This document shows, piece after piece, positions 24,523-39,199 of a stretch of 64,000 nt of DNA. This DNA comes from Eledone cirrhosa. Taxonomy: Eukaryota. The notes beneath the pieces were generated by a model, which searched no databases, had not been told where the DNA came from, and was given only the letters and a program-made list of their open reading frames with translations. Position 1 is the first letter of the stretch, and each line of letters starts with the position of its first letter. The DNA lies in assembly GCA_964016885.1 (NCBI GenBank), contig CAXHJY010001472.1:186001-250000 (forward strand), given 5' to 3'. The translations under genes were made by a program, and so were the position numbers.

Positions 24523-25179
24523 GTATGTATGTATGTGTATATGTATGTATGTATGTATGTATATGTATGTATGTGTATGAGATGCAGTTTGGTTTTGTGC
24601 CGCTGAAAAGTGCAACAGATGCCCTCTTCTTAGTGAGACAACTACAAAAGAGGTTCTTAGAGAAAAATAAGCCACTATACTTAGCTTTGGACATAGAGAA
24701 GGCTTTTGATAGAGAACTCTTATAAATGACAACATATATATATGTGTGTGTATATATATGTTTTTTTTAAAACTATATATTTATTACTCCCTTAAGCAGA
24801 AGAAATATATTCCCAGATATCGAAGATTACCACAATAACTAGGGAGCGGAAATCAATAGATGCTGGACATTGCTGCTGAGGGTAGGATGACCTGATGAGC
24901 TGGCTCCTGTGGTGGATACCTAATCATAGTAAGACCCTAGTGGGATGACTGAGGTTCACCTACATACATCAGATGTCTCTGGATCTCCAGCTGGAGATTA
25001 ATGATCTCAGGAATGCCATGAAAAATCGTGACATCTAAAAAAGAAGAGTAGAATTGTTCTGGCCAATCCACCTGACCTAATAAACAATAATAATATTAAT
25101 ATATATTGATGAAAATTAATTATGGTGAAATATCTTAGAAATCATTCTCAGAGGTTTTGTATTGTAATCCACACTTGCT

Positions 25180-27203
25180 CCTTGTGGCTTCTGATGCAGA
25201 CATCATGTCCGCCATCAGGTCCTTCCCAGCTAGCAGCTGCGGAGATGTTGATGGTCTCTGACCAGGCCTCCTCAAGGAGTTGATATCTCCCCTCTCCGCT
25301 GAGGCCGGGCGCCGCCTTCTGAGTGCAATTGTGGCGCTCACCAATAGGCTCATCCATGGCGCCCTGGACTCTTATGCTCGAGGCCTCTTTTTTTCGGCCA
25401 GCCTCACTGCTCTCAGGAAGAAAGAGGATGGCATACGCCCCATTGCTGTGGGCAATGTCTTCCGGAGGCTGGCTGCCAAGGTAATCTGCAAGTCCGTAAC
25501 ACTCGGAACCGGCATCCAGGGCCTCCAGCCACCTCATTGTCAAGTTTGACATGAGGAATGCCTTCAACTCTTTACGCTGGGATCATCTGCTCGAGGCCTG
25601 CCTCAGCCGAGCCCCCTCTGCCTACCTGTCATATGGAGCCCCAAGCATGCGCCATGCTGCTGATACGGTCATACCCTTGGCTACTGGGATCCAACAGGGC
25701 AACCCTTTGGGACCCCTCCTGTTCACCCTTGGTATTGACCACATCGCCTGGAGTATAACAGCCCCTCTCAACGTTTGGTATCTGGATGATGCTACTTTGG
25801 GTGGGCCCGTACAGGCGGTCTGCCATGACCTTCAATCGGTGGTTCCTGCCCTGGCGGGAATCGACCTCCAGGTCAACTCAGCCAAGTCGGAGGTGGTGAA
25901 TGTCAGCCTCGATGCTGCAAGCTTTGCAGTCTCCGTCTTGGACGTGCGGTCCATTCTCCGCCAGGTTCAGGTGACCCCCAAAGAGGATGCCCTCACCGAT
26001 CCACCCGCCGGCCATCCGCTCCTCCATCAAGTCCAGACTCTCACGAGCCGACTGGGCTTGATTGATGGCCACCCAGTTCTCTTTCTGCTGAGGAACTGCT
26101 ACGCCATGCCGAAGCTCCTCTATACACTCTGTGCTACACCTAAACTTGTATCCGAGCAGCAGCCGATGAGATATGCAACTTTACCTGTCAGGTATGGCGG
26201 CCTTCGCCTCCAGTCCCCGATCTCACTAGCTTTGCCGGCATATCTTTCGTCGGTAACCTCGTACCACGTCCTCCTCAGCAGGGTTCTTCAAAACACAACA
26301 GAACCCTCTGTGTTCAGAGAACGCGTGGCCGCCTGTGAGACGTGGGACCGGCTGGGACTTAGCCCAGTAGACGTTCCTCCTCCTTCTCCCCCTGTTGACG
26401 TCAAGTCCCCCCCAACACACTTGGGATGCCATCCAGTGCAGCCTGGCCTCAGACAGGCTCACGCGCCAGCTCGACCAGCACCGCCTTGTTTGTTTTCGTG
26501 CAGCCTCCAAACCCCACAGTGGGGCCTGGCTCCATGCCCTGCCCTCCTTCTCCACTCGCACGCAGCTAGACAACAATAGCTTGCGCATCGGCGTTTCCCT
26601 GAGGCTCGGCCTCACACCAATGTCGCTGCCGTTCCACCATGGACTCTTTCGGCCTCCACCCGCTTTCCTGTCGCCACAGTGCCAGCCGCAATCCACGCCA
26701 TGCTGCCCTCAACGAAGTCATTAAGCATGGCTTGGACGCTGCAGTCTTCCCTTCCCAGCTCGAGGGGACGGCAAAAGGCTAGATGGCATGACCATCTTCC
26801 CGTTCCGCGGTGGCAAACCCCTCGTCTGGGATGCCACTTGCACCGACACTTTCTGCAGCCGCAACCTGGTGCAGTCTGCGACTGGCCCAGGTTCTGCTGC
26901 ACGTCAGGCTGAGAGGGCCAAACTCCTCACATATCGTTCACTCTCCGACAGGTTTGCGGTCGTACCCCTGGAAGTGGAGACTTCTGGTGTCCTCGACCCC
27001 AGGGCTACCTCCTTACTCACCACCATAGGCGCTGAGCTGGCCAGTCGCAGGTGTGAGCCCCGCGAGTTGGAGTGGCTTTTCCAGCGCGTCTCCCTTGCCG
27101 TGCTCCGGGGAAACGCCTTCTCCATTTTGTCCGCCGGGGCTGTGGGTGGGCCCCATCGCGTACCGTTATAGTTGTTGAAGAAGAAACAGGGAGACAACAA
27201 CTG
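25180..27203 (+). mobile_element. CRE-clade retrotransposon remnant, copy 5 (type B, less decayed)
   Basis: 342-aa RT ORF at 25551-26579. Full knuckle CRCRSTMDSFGLHPLSC..RH. Extra 34 bp at the stop codon. Confidence 0.9.
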
Positions 27204-28209
27204 GAATGTATACAAAACAACTAAATCTCTTAAATAACTTCACTTATATCCAAAATATGATTTGTATATACATCAACAGTGACTCATTATTATACGCCAG
27301 TCACGACCCCACTGCAAAAAAGATATCTATATAACAACCCCACCGTAAAACTACTCTTCCCCACTTTACAAACACTTTATATTATTTGTCATTAAGGTTT
27401 CTTAAAATAAATATATATACGTATGTGTAGTAATTAGTACGGAGACTGAGAGAGAAGGGGCGAGTGTGTCTTCATGGAGGGCACATGGGACCAGCAAAGC
27501 CCTAAAAGTAGAGACCAGTAAATGAGATAAGGTCCTAGCTTTGTTAAGAATATAAATAAGAAACATGTTCTATACATTTAAGAAGACAAGAGAAACATGT
27601 TCTAAACATTTAAGAAATAATTATTTACCTCTTTCATGTCGGTAATATAGCGGTGTTATAAAACTAATTATAACGACCGGTGTTAAAATAGAGAGAGATA
27701 GACAGATAAATGTGTGTCACACTCTCACCCTCTCTTTAAATCTTTTACACTATCTAACTCGTACTTCTCACACTCTCTTTAAATCTTTTACTCTATCTCC
27801 CTCTTATTTCTATCTGTGTACATATATATGTGTATGTATGTATCTGTCTATGTGTAACTCGGTGTACTGGAGCAATATGAGGTGAAGTGTCTTGCTCAAG
27901 AAGACATTTTGTGGAGTTATATCATCGTTTCTTGTTATAAAGCTACTTATACTACCGGCGTAACAGTGGCTATAGGTGATAGATGTAGAAATAAAAGGCT
28001 GTAACAGCGATATAAATATAGATGAAATAGTTTACCACGAGACTAAGAATGAATGTTTAATGGAATTAAGTGTAATCTAATAGGAAATAAGAGGCTAGAG
28101 CAGCGAAATGTTTACGTAAAATAAAAGAACAACAAACAAGAGTGCAACATTGAAATTTTTGTTTTATTTTCTCGATATAAGCGTTATTTTATGCGCGATT
28201 TGCCTTGCT

Positions 28210-28322
28210 GCCGGCGTTGCTCAGTCAGTAGCAGCCCCGCTTACGAAGTTCAGGAGCCAACGACTTTACATGGTTCGAATCTCACCCTCTCCGCTCTTGT
28301 CGAGTTATCTCCTACTCTTTTT
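28210..28322 (+). ncRNA. Candidate Pol III small RNA, copy 5
   Basis: As copy 4. Confidence 0.45.
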
Positions 28323-29063
28323 ACTTAGTTCCAGGTCATTAAAATAGAGCAAAGAGGGCGCGGCGATCGGCATATGCACTGGCTACAATGTTGAACTTTG
28401 GTACTGACTGCGTAGTTGAACGTTCCACATACCAACCGCCCAACTGGCCAGTCAACCGCATATGCGGCTGGCTGGCCGGTTGGGTAGTTGGCATATGTAC
28501 TGGCTACCATGCTGAACATTGTACTGACTGTCAAGTTGAACGTTCTAACCCTCTCTTTACATCTATTACTCTATCTACCGCTTAGTTCTCCCCCTCTCTT
28601 TACTTCTATAACTCTATCTCCCACTCTCTTTACATCTATTACAGTGTCTCCCTGTATATATACACGTATATATGCACTAGATTTTATAAGAAATCTACGT
28701 AATAATATAATTAACAATAGTTGATGAATTAGACCAGAGTTAATTAAACAATAAATATGAATGAAATAGCAGTAGATGGCGAAACTTGAGTGTTGTGTGT
28801 GCATACATATATATGAGGTAAACTGGTTCAAATACTGTCAGGATTATATTGGATCAAAGACTGTATTAAATAGAAAGTAAAAAATGAAGTGAAAATATAA
28901 AAACAAACTGAAAATTTCCCCATCCCTAGAAAAATTCATATCTTGTTATATATAGATAATTGGCGCTTTAAATTGAATAAATATTCATTTATATATATAT
29001 ATATATGTATATATATATGTACACTGATATATATGTGTGTATATATATATGTGTATATATATA

Positions 29064-29120
<57 letters not shown>

Positions 29121-29122
<2 letters not shown>

Positions 29123-29669
29123 ACTTCATCATACGTCCGCTTTTCCATGCTTGCAAGGGTGGGGTGGGAGCTGATTCTGGATTGGTTTCTACAGCTGGGT
29201 GCCCTTCCTGACGCCAACCCCGTTTGCAGTGAGTGCTGGGTGCTTTTTTTTTTCCGTGGCACCTCCACGTCAGCTTTACAGTGTGGGCTGGGTGCTTTTT
29301 GGCCGCGGCGCCTCCACGACCACTTTGCGGTGGGGCGGTGGGGTGGTATGTGTATACCCAGCCCATTGTCATTTGCCACACAGAAAAGCGTATAGCATCG
29401 TTCTTTACCCACGATGAATCTAGCAGACCCACCCCTCCACCTGGTCTCTTGAATACAACAAACATCGACCTCCTTACGTTCAAGCATTTCTACAACCTCG
29501 TTAGAGCCACCCTATAAGGTGCCTACATTAATGGTACCAACTCTGAAGTTTTGGATTGCGTTTGGAGGTTGGGAGCAGTGGGGAGCGGGGATGGGGTTAG
29601 GGTTAGCCATCCGCGGCCAAAACAAAGAGGAGGAGCCCTTGCATTCTCGTCCATGAGGTGGATTTGTCT
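29121..29669 (-). mobile_element. Bipartite RTE derivative, copy 5
   Basis: Matches 5497-6045. Confidence 0.8.
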
Positions 29670-30156
29670 TTATGTATGTATATGTATATATGTATGTATG
29701 TGTGTGTATGTATGTATATGTATATATGAGTGTATATGTGTATATGTATGTATATGTATGTGTATGTATGTGTATATATGTGTATATGTATGTGTTTGTA
29801 TATATGTGTGTGTATGTATATATGTGTGTGTATGTATATATATATATGTATGTATGTGTATATGTATGTATATGTATGTATGTGTATATGTATATATGTG
29901 TGTATGTATGTATATATGTATGTATGTGTATATATGTATGTATGTATATGTATATATACGTGTGTATATGTATATATACTTATGTGTATATGCTTATGTA
30001 TGTGTATGTATGTATATTTATATTATGTATATATATATATCTATGTATGTATATGTATGTATATGTGTATGTATGTGTATGTATGTATGTGTATATATGT
30101 ATGTATGTATATATATATGTATGTATATGTATGTGTATGTATATGTATATGTATAT

Positions 30157-30510
30157 GGAGGCACATGGCTTAGTGGTTCGAGCATTGGCCTGGCAATCGA
30201 AAGGTTGTGAGTTCAATTCTCAGACCGGGTGATGTGTTGTTTCCTTGAGCAAGACACTTTATTTCACATTGCTCCAGTTTACTCAGCTGTAGAAATGAGA
30301 TGATAGGGACTGGGGTCCATATCATTCCACTGCAAAGTGGTCGTGGAGGTGCCACGGCAAAAAAGCACTCAGCACTCACTGTAAATGAGGTTGGTGTTAG
30401 GAAGGGCATCCAGCTGTAGAAATCAAGCCAGAATCAGTTCCCGTCCCACCCTTGCAAGCAGGGAAAAAGCGGACTTAAAACGAAATGATGATGATGATGA
30501 TGATGATGAT
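30157..30510 (+). mobile_element. CORE-type SINE, copy 6
   Basis: Matches 625-978. Confidence 0.85.
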
Positions 30511-31167
30511 GTATGTATGTATGTGTATATGTATGTATGTATGTATGTATATGTATGTATGTGTATGAGATGCAGTTTGGTTTTGTGCCGCTGAAAAGTG
30601 CAACAGATGCCCTCTTCTTAGTGAGACAACTACAAAAGAGGTTCTTAGAGAAAAATAAGCCACTATACTTAGCTTTGGACATAGAGAAGGCTTTTGATAG
30701 AGAACTCTTATAAATGACAACATATATATATGTGTGTGTATATATATGTTTTTTTTAAAACTATATATTTATTACTCCCTTAAGCAGAAGAAATATATTC
30801 CCAGATATCGAAGATTACCACAATAACTAGGGAGCGGAAATCAATAGATGCTGGACATTGCTGCTGAGGGTAGGATGACCTGATGAGCTGGCTCCTGTGG
30901 TGGATACCTAATCATAGTAAGACCCTAGTGGGATGACTGAGGTTCACCTACATACATCAGATGTCTCTGGATCTCCAGCTGGAGATTAATGATCTCAGGA
31001 ATGCCATGAAAAATCGTGACATCTAAAAAAGAAGAGTAGAATTGTTCTGGCCAATCCACCTGACCTAATAAACAATAATAATATTAATATATATTGATGA
31101 AAATTAATTATGGTGAAATATCTTAGAAATCATTCTCAGAGGTTTTGTATTGTAATCCACACTTGCT

Positions 31168-33191
31168 CCTTGTGGCTTCTGATGCAGACATCATGTCCGC
31201 CATCAGGTCCTTCCCAGCTAGCAGCTGCGGAGATGTTGATGGTCTCTGACCAGGCCTCCTCAAGGAGTTGATATCTCCCCTCTCCGCTGAGGCCGGGCGC
31301 CGCCTTCTGAGTGCAATTGTGGCGCTCACCAATAGGCTCATCCATGGCGCCCTGGACTCTTATGCTCGAGGCCTCTTTTTTTCGGCCAGCCTCACCGCTC
31401 TCAGGAAGAAAGAGGATGGCATACGCCCCATTGCTGTGGGCAATGTCTTCCGGAGGCTGGCTGCCAAGGTAATCTGCAAGTCCGTAACACTCGGAACCGG
31501 CATCCAGGGCCTCCAGCCACCTCATTGTCAAGTTTGACATGAGGAATGCCTTCAACTCTTTACGCTGGGATCATCTGCTCGAGGCCTGCCTCAGCCGAGC
31601 CCCCTCTGCCTACCTGTCATATGGAGCCCCAAGCATGCGCCATGCTGCTGATACGGTCATACCCTTGGCTACTGGGATCCAACAGGGCAACCCTTTGGGA
31701 CCCCTCCTGTTCACCCTTGGTATTGACCACATCGCCTGGAGTATAACAGCCCCTCTCAACGTTTGGTATCTGGATGATGCTACTTTGGGTGGGCCCGTAC
31801 AGGCGGTCTGCCATGACCTTCAATCGGTGGTTCCTGCCCTGGCGGGAATCGACCTCCAGGTCAACTCAGCCAAGTCGGAGGTGGTGAATGTCAGCCTCGA
31901 TGCTGCAAGCTTTGCAGTCTCCGTCTTGGACGTGCGGTCCATTCTCCGCCAGGTTCAGGTGACCCCCAAAGAGGATGCCCTCACCGATCCACCCGCCGGC
32001 CATCCGCTCCTCCATCAAGTCCAGACTCTCACGAGCCGACTGGGCTTGATTGATGGCCACCCAGTTCTCTTTCTGCTGAGGAACTGCTACGCCATGCCGA
32101 AGCTCCTCTATACACTCTGTGCTACACCTAAACTTGTATCCGAGCAGCAGCCGATGAGATATGCAACTTTACCTGTCAGGTATGGCGGCCTTCGCCTCCA
32201 GTCCCCGATCTCACTAGCTTTGCCGGCATATCTTTCGTCGGTAACCTCGTACCACGTCCTCCTCAGCAGGGTTCTTCAAAACACAACAGAACCCTCTGTG
32301 TTCAGAGAACGCGTGGCCGCCTGTGAGACGTGGGACCGGCTGGGACTTAGCCCAGTAGACGTTCCTCCTCCTTCTCCCCCTGTTGACGTCAAGTCCCCCC
32401 CAACACACTTGGGATGCCATCCAGTGCAGCCTGGCCTCAGACAGGCTCACGCGCCAGCTCGACCAGCACCGCCTTGTTTGTTTTCGTGCAGCCTCCAAAC
32501 CCCACAGTGGGGCCTGGCTCCATGCCCTGCCCTCCTTCTCCACTCGCACGCAGCTAGACAACAATAGCTTGCGCATCGGCGTTTCCCTGAGGCTCGGCCT
32601 CACACCAATGTCGCTGCCGTTCCACCATGGACTCTTTCGGCCTCCACCCGCTTTCCTGTCGCCACAGTGCCAGCCGCAATCCACGCCATGCTGCCCTCAA
32701 CGAAGTCATTAAGCATGGCTTGGACGCTGCAGTCTTCCCTTCCCAGCTCGAGGGGACGGCAAAAGGCTAGATGGCATGACCATCTTCCCGTTCCGCGGTG
32801 GCAAACCCCTCGTCTGGGATGCCACTTGCACCGACACTTTCTGCAGCCGCAACCTGGTGCAGTCTGCGACTGGCCCAGGTTCTGCTGCACGTCAGGCTGA
32901 GAGGGCCAAACTCCTCACATATCGTTCACTCTCCGACAGGTTTGCGGTCGTACCCCTGGAAGTGGAGACTTCTGGTGTCCTCGACCCCAGGGCTACCTCC
33001 TTACTCACCACCATAGGCGCTGAGCTGGCCAGTCGCAGGTGTGAGCCCCGCGAGTTGGAGTGGCTTTTCCAGCGCGTCTCCCTTGCCGTGCTCCGGGGAA
33101 ACGCCTTCTCCATTTTGTCCGCCGGGGCTGTGGGTGGGCCCCATCGCGTACCGTTATAGTTGTTGAAGAAGAAACAGGGAGACAACAACTG
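31168..33191 (+). mobile_element. CRE-clade retrotransposon remnant, copy 6 (type B)
   Basis: 342-aa RT ORF at 31539-32567; endonuclease ORF at 32776-33159. Confidence 0.9.
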
Positions 33192-34197
33192 GAATGTATA
33201 CACAACAACTAAATCTCTTAAATAACTTCACTTATATCCAAAATATGATTTGTATATACATCAACAGTGACTCATTATTATACGCCAGTCACGACCCCAC
33301 TGCAAAAAAGATATCTATATAACAACCCCACCGTAAAACTACTCTTCCCCACTTTACAAACACTTTATATTATTTGTCATTAAGGTTTCTTAAAATAAAT
33401 ATATATACGTATGTGTAGTAATTAGTACGGAGACTGAGAGAGAAGGGGCGAGTGTGTCTTCATGGAGGGCACATGGGACCAGCAAAGCCCTAAAAGTAGA
33501 GACCAGTAAATGAGATAAGGTCCTAGCTTTGTTAAGAATATAAATAAGAAACATGTTCTATACATTTAAGAAGACAAGAGAAACATGTTCTAAACATTTA
33601 AGAAATAATTATTTACCTCTTTCATGTCGGTAATATAGCGGTGTTATAAAACTAATTATAACGACCGGTGTTAAAATAGAGAGAGATAGACAGATAAATG
33701 TGTGTCACACTCTCACCCTCTCTTTAAATCTTTTACACTATCTAACTCGTACTTCTCACACTCTCTTTAAATCTTTTACTCTATCTCCCTCTTATTTCTA
33801 TCTGTGTACATATATATGTGTATGTATGTATCTGTCTATGTGTAACTCGGTGTACTGGAGCAATATGAGGTGAAGTGTCTTGCTCAAGAAGACATTTTGT
33901 GGAGTTATATCATCGTTTCTTGTTATAAAGCTACTTATACTACCGGCGTAACAGTGGCTATAGGTGATAGATGTAGAAATAAAAGGCTGTAACAGCGATA
34001 TAAATATAGATGAAATAGTTTACCACGAGACTAAGAATGAATGTTTAATGGAATTAAGTGTAATCTAATAGGAAATAAGAGGCTAGAGCAGCGAAATGTT
34101 TACGTAAAATAAAAGAACAACAAACAAGAGTGCAACATTGAAATTTTTGTTTTATTTTCTCGATATAAGCGTTATTTTATGCGCGATTTGCCTTGCT

Positions 34198-34310
34198 GCC
34201 GGCGTTGCTCAGTCAGTAGCAGCCCCGCTTACGAAGTTCAGGAGCCAACGACTTTACATGGTTCGAATCTCACCCTCTCCGCTCTTGTCGAGTTATCTCC
34301 TACTCTTTTT
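34198..34310 (+). ncRNA. Candidate Pol III small RNA, copy 6
   Basis: As copy 4. Confidence 0.45.
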
Positions 34311-35073
34311 ACTTAGTTCCAGGTCATTAAAATAGAGCAAAGAGGGCGCGGCGATCGGCATATGCACTGGCTACAATGTTGAACTTTGGTACTGACTGCG
34401 TAGTTGAACGTTCCACATACCAACCGCCCAACTGGCCAGTCAACCGCATATGCGGCTGGCTGGCCGGTTGGGTAGTTGGCATATGTACTGGCTACCATGC
34501 TGAACATTGTACTGACTGTCAAGTTGAACGTTCTAACCCTCTCTTTACATCTATTACTCTATCTACCGCTTAGTTCTCCCCCTCTCTTTACTTCTATAAC
34601 TCTATCTCCCACTCTCTTTACATCTATTACAGTGTCTCCCTGTATATATACACGTATATATGCACTAGATTTTATAAGAAATCTACGTAATAATATAATT
34701 AACAATAGTTGATGAATTAGACCAGAGTTAATTAAACAATAAATATGAATGAAATAGCAGTAGATGGCGAAACTTGAGTGTTGTGTGTGCATACATATAT
34801 ATGAGGTAAACTGGTTCAAATACTGTCAGGATTATATTGGATCAAAGACTGTATTAAATAGAAAGTAAAAAATGAAGTGAAAATATAAAAACAAACTGAA
34901 AATTTCCCCATCCCTAGAAAAATTCATATCTTGTTATATATAGATAATTGGCGCTTTAAATTGAATAAATATTCATTTATATATATATATATATGTATAT
35001 ATATATGTACACTGATATATATGTGTGTATATATATATGTGTATATATATACTAATATATATATATATATATA

Positions 35074-35128
<55 letters not shown>

Positions 35129-35130
<2 letters not shown>

Positions 35131-35677
35131 ACTTCATCATACGTCCGCTTTTCCATGCTTGCAAGGGTGGGGTGGGAGCTGATTCTGGATTGGTTTCTAC
35201 AGCTGGGTGCCCTTCCTGACGCCAACCCCGTTTGCAGTGAGTGCTGGGTGCTTTTTTTTTTCCGTGGCACCTCCACGTCAGCTTTACAGTGTGGGCTGGG
35301 TGCTTTTTGGCCGCGGCGCCTCCACGACCACTTTGCGGTGGGGCGGTGGGGTGGTATGTGTATACCCAGCCCATTGTCATTTGCCACACAGAAAAGCGTA
35401 TAGCATCGTTCTTTACCCACGATGAATCTAGCAGACCCACCCCTCCACCTGGTCTCTTGAATACAACAAACATCGACCTCCTTACGTTCAAGCATTTCTA
35501 CAACCTCGTTAGAGCCACCCTATAAGGTGCCTACATTAATGGTACCAACTCTGAAGTTTTGGATTGCGTTTGGAGGTTGGGAGCAGTGGGGAGCGGGGAT
35601 GGGGTTAGGGTTAGCCATCCGCGGCCAAAACAAAGAGGAGGAGCCCTTGCATTCTCGTCCATGAGGTGGATTTGTCT
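35129..35677 (-). mobile_element. Bipartite RTE derivative, copy 6
   Basis: Matches 5497-6045. Confidence 0.8.
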
Positions 35678-36164
35678 TTATGTATGTATATGTATATATG
35701 TATGTATGTGTGTGTATGTATGTATATGTATATATGAGTGTATATGTGTATATGTATGTATATGTATGTGTATGTATGTGTATATATGTGTATATGTATG
35801 TGTTTGTATATATGTGTGTGTATGTATATATGTGTGTGTATGTATATATATATATGTATGTATGTGTATATGTATGTATATGTATGTATGTGTATATGTA
35901 TATATGTGTGTATGTATGTATATATGTATGTATGTGTATATATGTATGTATGTATATGTATATATACGTGTGTATATGTATATATACTTATGTGTATATG
36001 CTTATGTATGTGTATGTATGTATATTTATATTATGTATATATATATATCTATGTATGTATATGTATGTATATGTGTATGTATGTGTATGTATGTATGTGT
36101 ATATATGTATGTATGTATATATATATGTATGTATATGTATGTGTATGTATATGTATATGTATAT

Positions 36165-36518
36165 GGAGGCACATGGCTTAGTGGTTCGAGCATTGGCCTG
36201 GCAATCGAAAGGTTGTGAGTTCAATTCTCAGACCGGGTGATGTGTTGTTTCCTTGAGCAAGACACTTTATTTCACATTGCTCCAGTTTACTCAGCTGTAG
36301 AAATGAGATGATAGGGACTGGGGTCCATATCATTCCACTGCAAAGTGGTCGTGGAGGTGCCACGGCAAAAAAGCACTCAGCACTCACTGTAAATGAGGTT
36401 GGTGTTAGGAAGGGCATCCAGCTGTAGAAATCAAGCCAGAATCAGTTCCCGTCCCACCCTTGCAAGCAGGGAAAAAGCGGACTTAAAACGAAATGATGAT
36501 GATGATGATGATGATGAT
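36165..36518 (+). mobile_element. CORE-type SINE, copy 7
   Basis: Matches 625-978. Confidence 0.85.
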
Positions 36519-37175
36519 GTATGTATGTATGTGTATATGTATGTATGTATGTATGTATATGTATGTATGTGTATGAGATGCAGTTTGGTTTTGTGCCGCT
36601 GAAAAGTGCAACAGATGCCCTCTTCTTAGTGAGACAACTACAAAAGAGGTTCTTAGAGAAAAATAAGCCACTATACTTAGCTTTGGACATAGAGAAGGCT
36701 TTTGATAGAGAACTCTTATAAATGACAACATATATATATGTGTGTGTATATATATGTTTTTTTTAAAACTATATATTTATTACTCCCTTAAGCAGAAGAA
36801 ATATATTCCCAGATATCGAAGATTACCACAATAACTAGGGAGCGGAAATCAATAGATGCTGGACATTGCTGCTGAGGGTAGGATGACCTGATGAGCTGGC
36901 TCCTGTGGTGGATACCTAATCATAGTAAGACCCTAGTGGGATGACTGAGGTTCACCTACATACATCAGATGTCTCTGGATCTCCAGCTGGAGATTAATGA
37001 TCTCAGGAATGCCATGAAAAATCATGACATCTAAAAAAGAAGAGTAGAATTGTTCTGGCCAATCCACCTGACCTAATAAACAATAATAATATTAATATAT
37101 ATTGATGAAAATTAATTATGGTGAAATATCTTAGAAATCATTCTCAGAGGTTTTGTATTGTAATCCACACTTGCT

Positions 37176-39199
37176 CCTTGTGGCTTCTGATGCAGACATC
37201 ATGTCCGCCATCAGGTCCTTCCCAGCTAGCAGCTGCGGAGATGTTGATGGTCTCTGACCAGGCCTCCTCAAGGAGTTGATATCTCCCCTCTCCGCTGAGG
37301 CCGGGCGCCGCCTTCTGAGTGCAATTGTGGCGCTCACCAATAGGCTCATCCATGGCGCCCTGGACTCTTATGCTCGAGGCCTCTTTTTTTCGGCCAGCCT
37401 CACCGCTCTCAGGAAGAAAGAGGATGGCATACGCCCCATTGCTGTGGGCAATGTCTTCCGGAGGCTGGCTGCCAAGGTAATCTGCAAGTCCGTAACACTC
37501 GGAACCGGCATCCAGGGCCTCCAGCCACCTCATTGTCAAGTTTGACATGAGGAATGCCTTCAACTCTTTACGCTGGGATCATCTGCTCAAGGCCTGCCTC
37601 AGCCGAGCCCCCTCTGCCTACCTGTCATATGGAGCCCCAAGCATGCGCCATGCTGCTGATACGGTCATACCCTTGGCTACTGGGATCCAACAGGGCAACC
37701 CTTTGGGACCCCTCCTGTTCACCCTTGGTATTGACCACATCGCCTGGAGTATAACAGCCCCTCTCAACGTTTGGTATCTGGATGATGCTACTTTGGGTGG
37801 GCCCGTACAGGCGGTCTGCCATGACCTTCAATCGGTGGTTCCTGCCCTGGCGGGAATCGACCTCCAGGTCAACTCAGCCAAGTCGGAGGTGGTGAATGTC
37901 AGCCTCGATGCTGCAAGCTTTGCAGTCTCCGTCTTGGACGTGCGGTCCATTCTCCGCCAGGTTCAGGTGACCCCCAAAGAGGATGCCCTCACCGATCCAC
38001 CCGCCGGCCATCCGCTCCTCCATCAAGTCCAGACTCTCACGAGCCGACTGGGCTTGATTGATGGCCACCCAGTTCTCTTTCTGCTGAGGAACTGCTACGC
38101 CATGCCGAAGCTCCTCTATACACTCTGTGCTACACCTAAACTTGTATCCGAGCAGCAGCCGATGAGATATGCAACTTTACCTGTCAGGTATGGCGGCCTT
38201 CGCCTCCAGTCCCCGATCTCACTAGCTTTGCCGGCATATCTTTCGTCGGTAACCTCGTACCACGTCCTCCTCAGCAGGGTTCTTCAAAACACAACAGAAC
38301 CCTCTGTGTTCAGAGAACGCGTGGCCGCCTGTGAGACGTGGGACCGGCTGGGACTTAGCCCAGTAGACGTTCCTCCTCCTTCTCCCCCTGTTGACGTCAA
38401 GTCCCCCCCAACACACTTGGGATGCCATCCAGTGCAGCCTGGCCTCAGACAGGCTCACGCGCCAGCTCGACCAGCACCGCCTTGTTTGTTTTCGTGCAGC
38501 CTCCAAACCCCACAGTGGGGCCTGGCTCCATGCCCTGCCCTCCTTCTCCACTCGCACGCAGCTAGACAACAATAGCTTGCGCATCGGCGTTTCCCTGAGG
38601 CTCGGCCTCACACCAATGTCGCTGCCGTTCCACCATGGACTCTTTCGGCCTCCACCCGCTTTCCTGTCGCCACAGTGCCAGCCGCAATCCACGCCATGCT
38701 GCCCTCAACGAAGTCATTAAGCATGGCTTGGACGCTGCAGTCTTCCCTTCCCAGCTCGAGGGGACGGCAAAAGGCTAGATGGCATGACCATCTTCCCGTT
38801 CCGCGGTGGCAAACCCCTCGTCTGGGATGCCACTTGCACCGACACTTTCTGCAGCCGCAACCTGGTGCAGTCTGCGACTGGCCCAGGTTCTGCTGCACGT
38901 CAGGCTGAGAGGGCCAAACTCCTCACATATCGTTCACTCTCCGACAGGTTTGCGGTCGTACCCCTGGAAGTGGAGACTTCTGGTGTCCTCGACCCCAGGG
39001 CTACCTCCTTACTCACCACCATAGGCGCTGAGCTGGCCAGTCGCAGGTGTGAGCCCCGCGAGTTGGAGTGGCTTTTCCAGCGCGTCTCCCTTGCCGTGCT
39101 CCGGGGAAACGCCTTCTCCATTTTGTCCGCCGGGGCTGTGGGTGGGCCCCATCGCGTACCGTTATAGTTGTTGAAGAAGAAACAGGGAGACAACAACTG
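37176..39199 (+). mobile_element. CRE-clade retrotransposon remnant, copy 7 (type B)
   Basis: 342-aa RT ORF at 37547-38575; endonuclease ORF at 38784-39167. Confidence 0.9.

Noticed and set aside
25551-26579. Active CRE reverse transcriptase (342 aa)
   Set aside because: Lacks the N-terminal RT motifs in frame, has internal deletions and is frameshifted before the knuckle and endonuclease.
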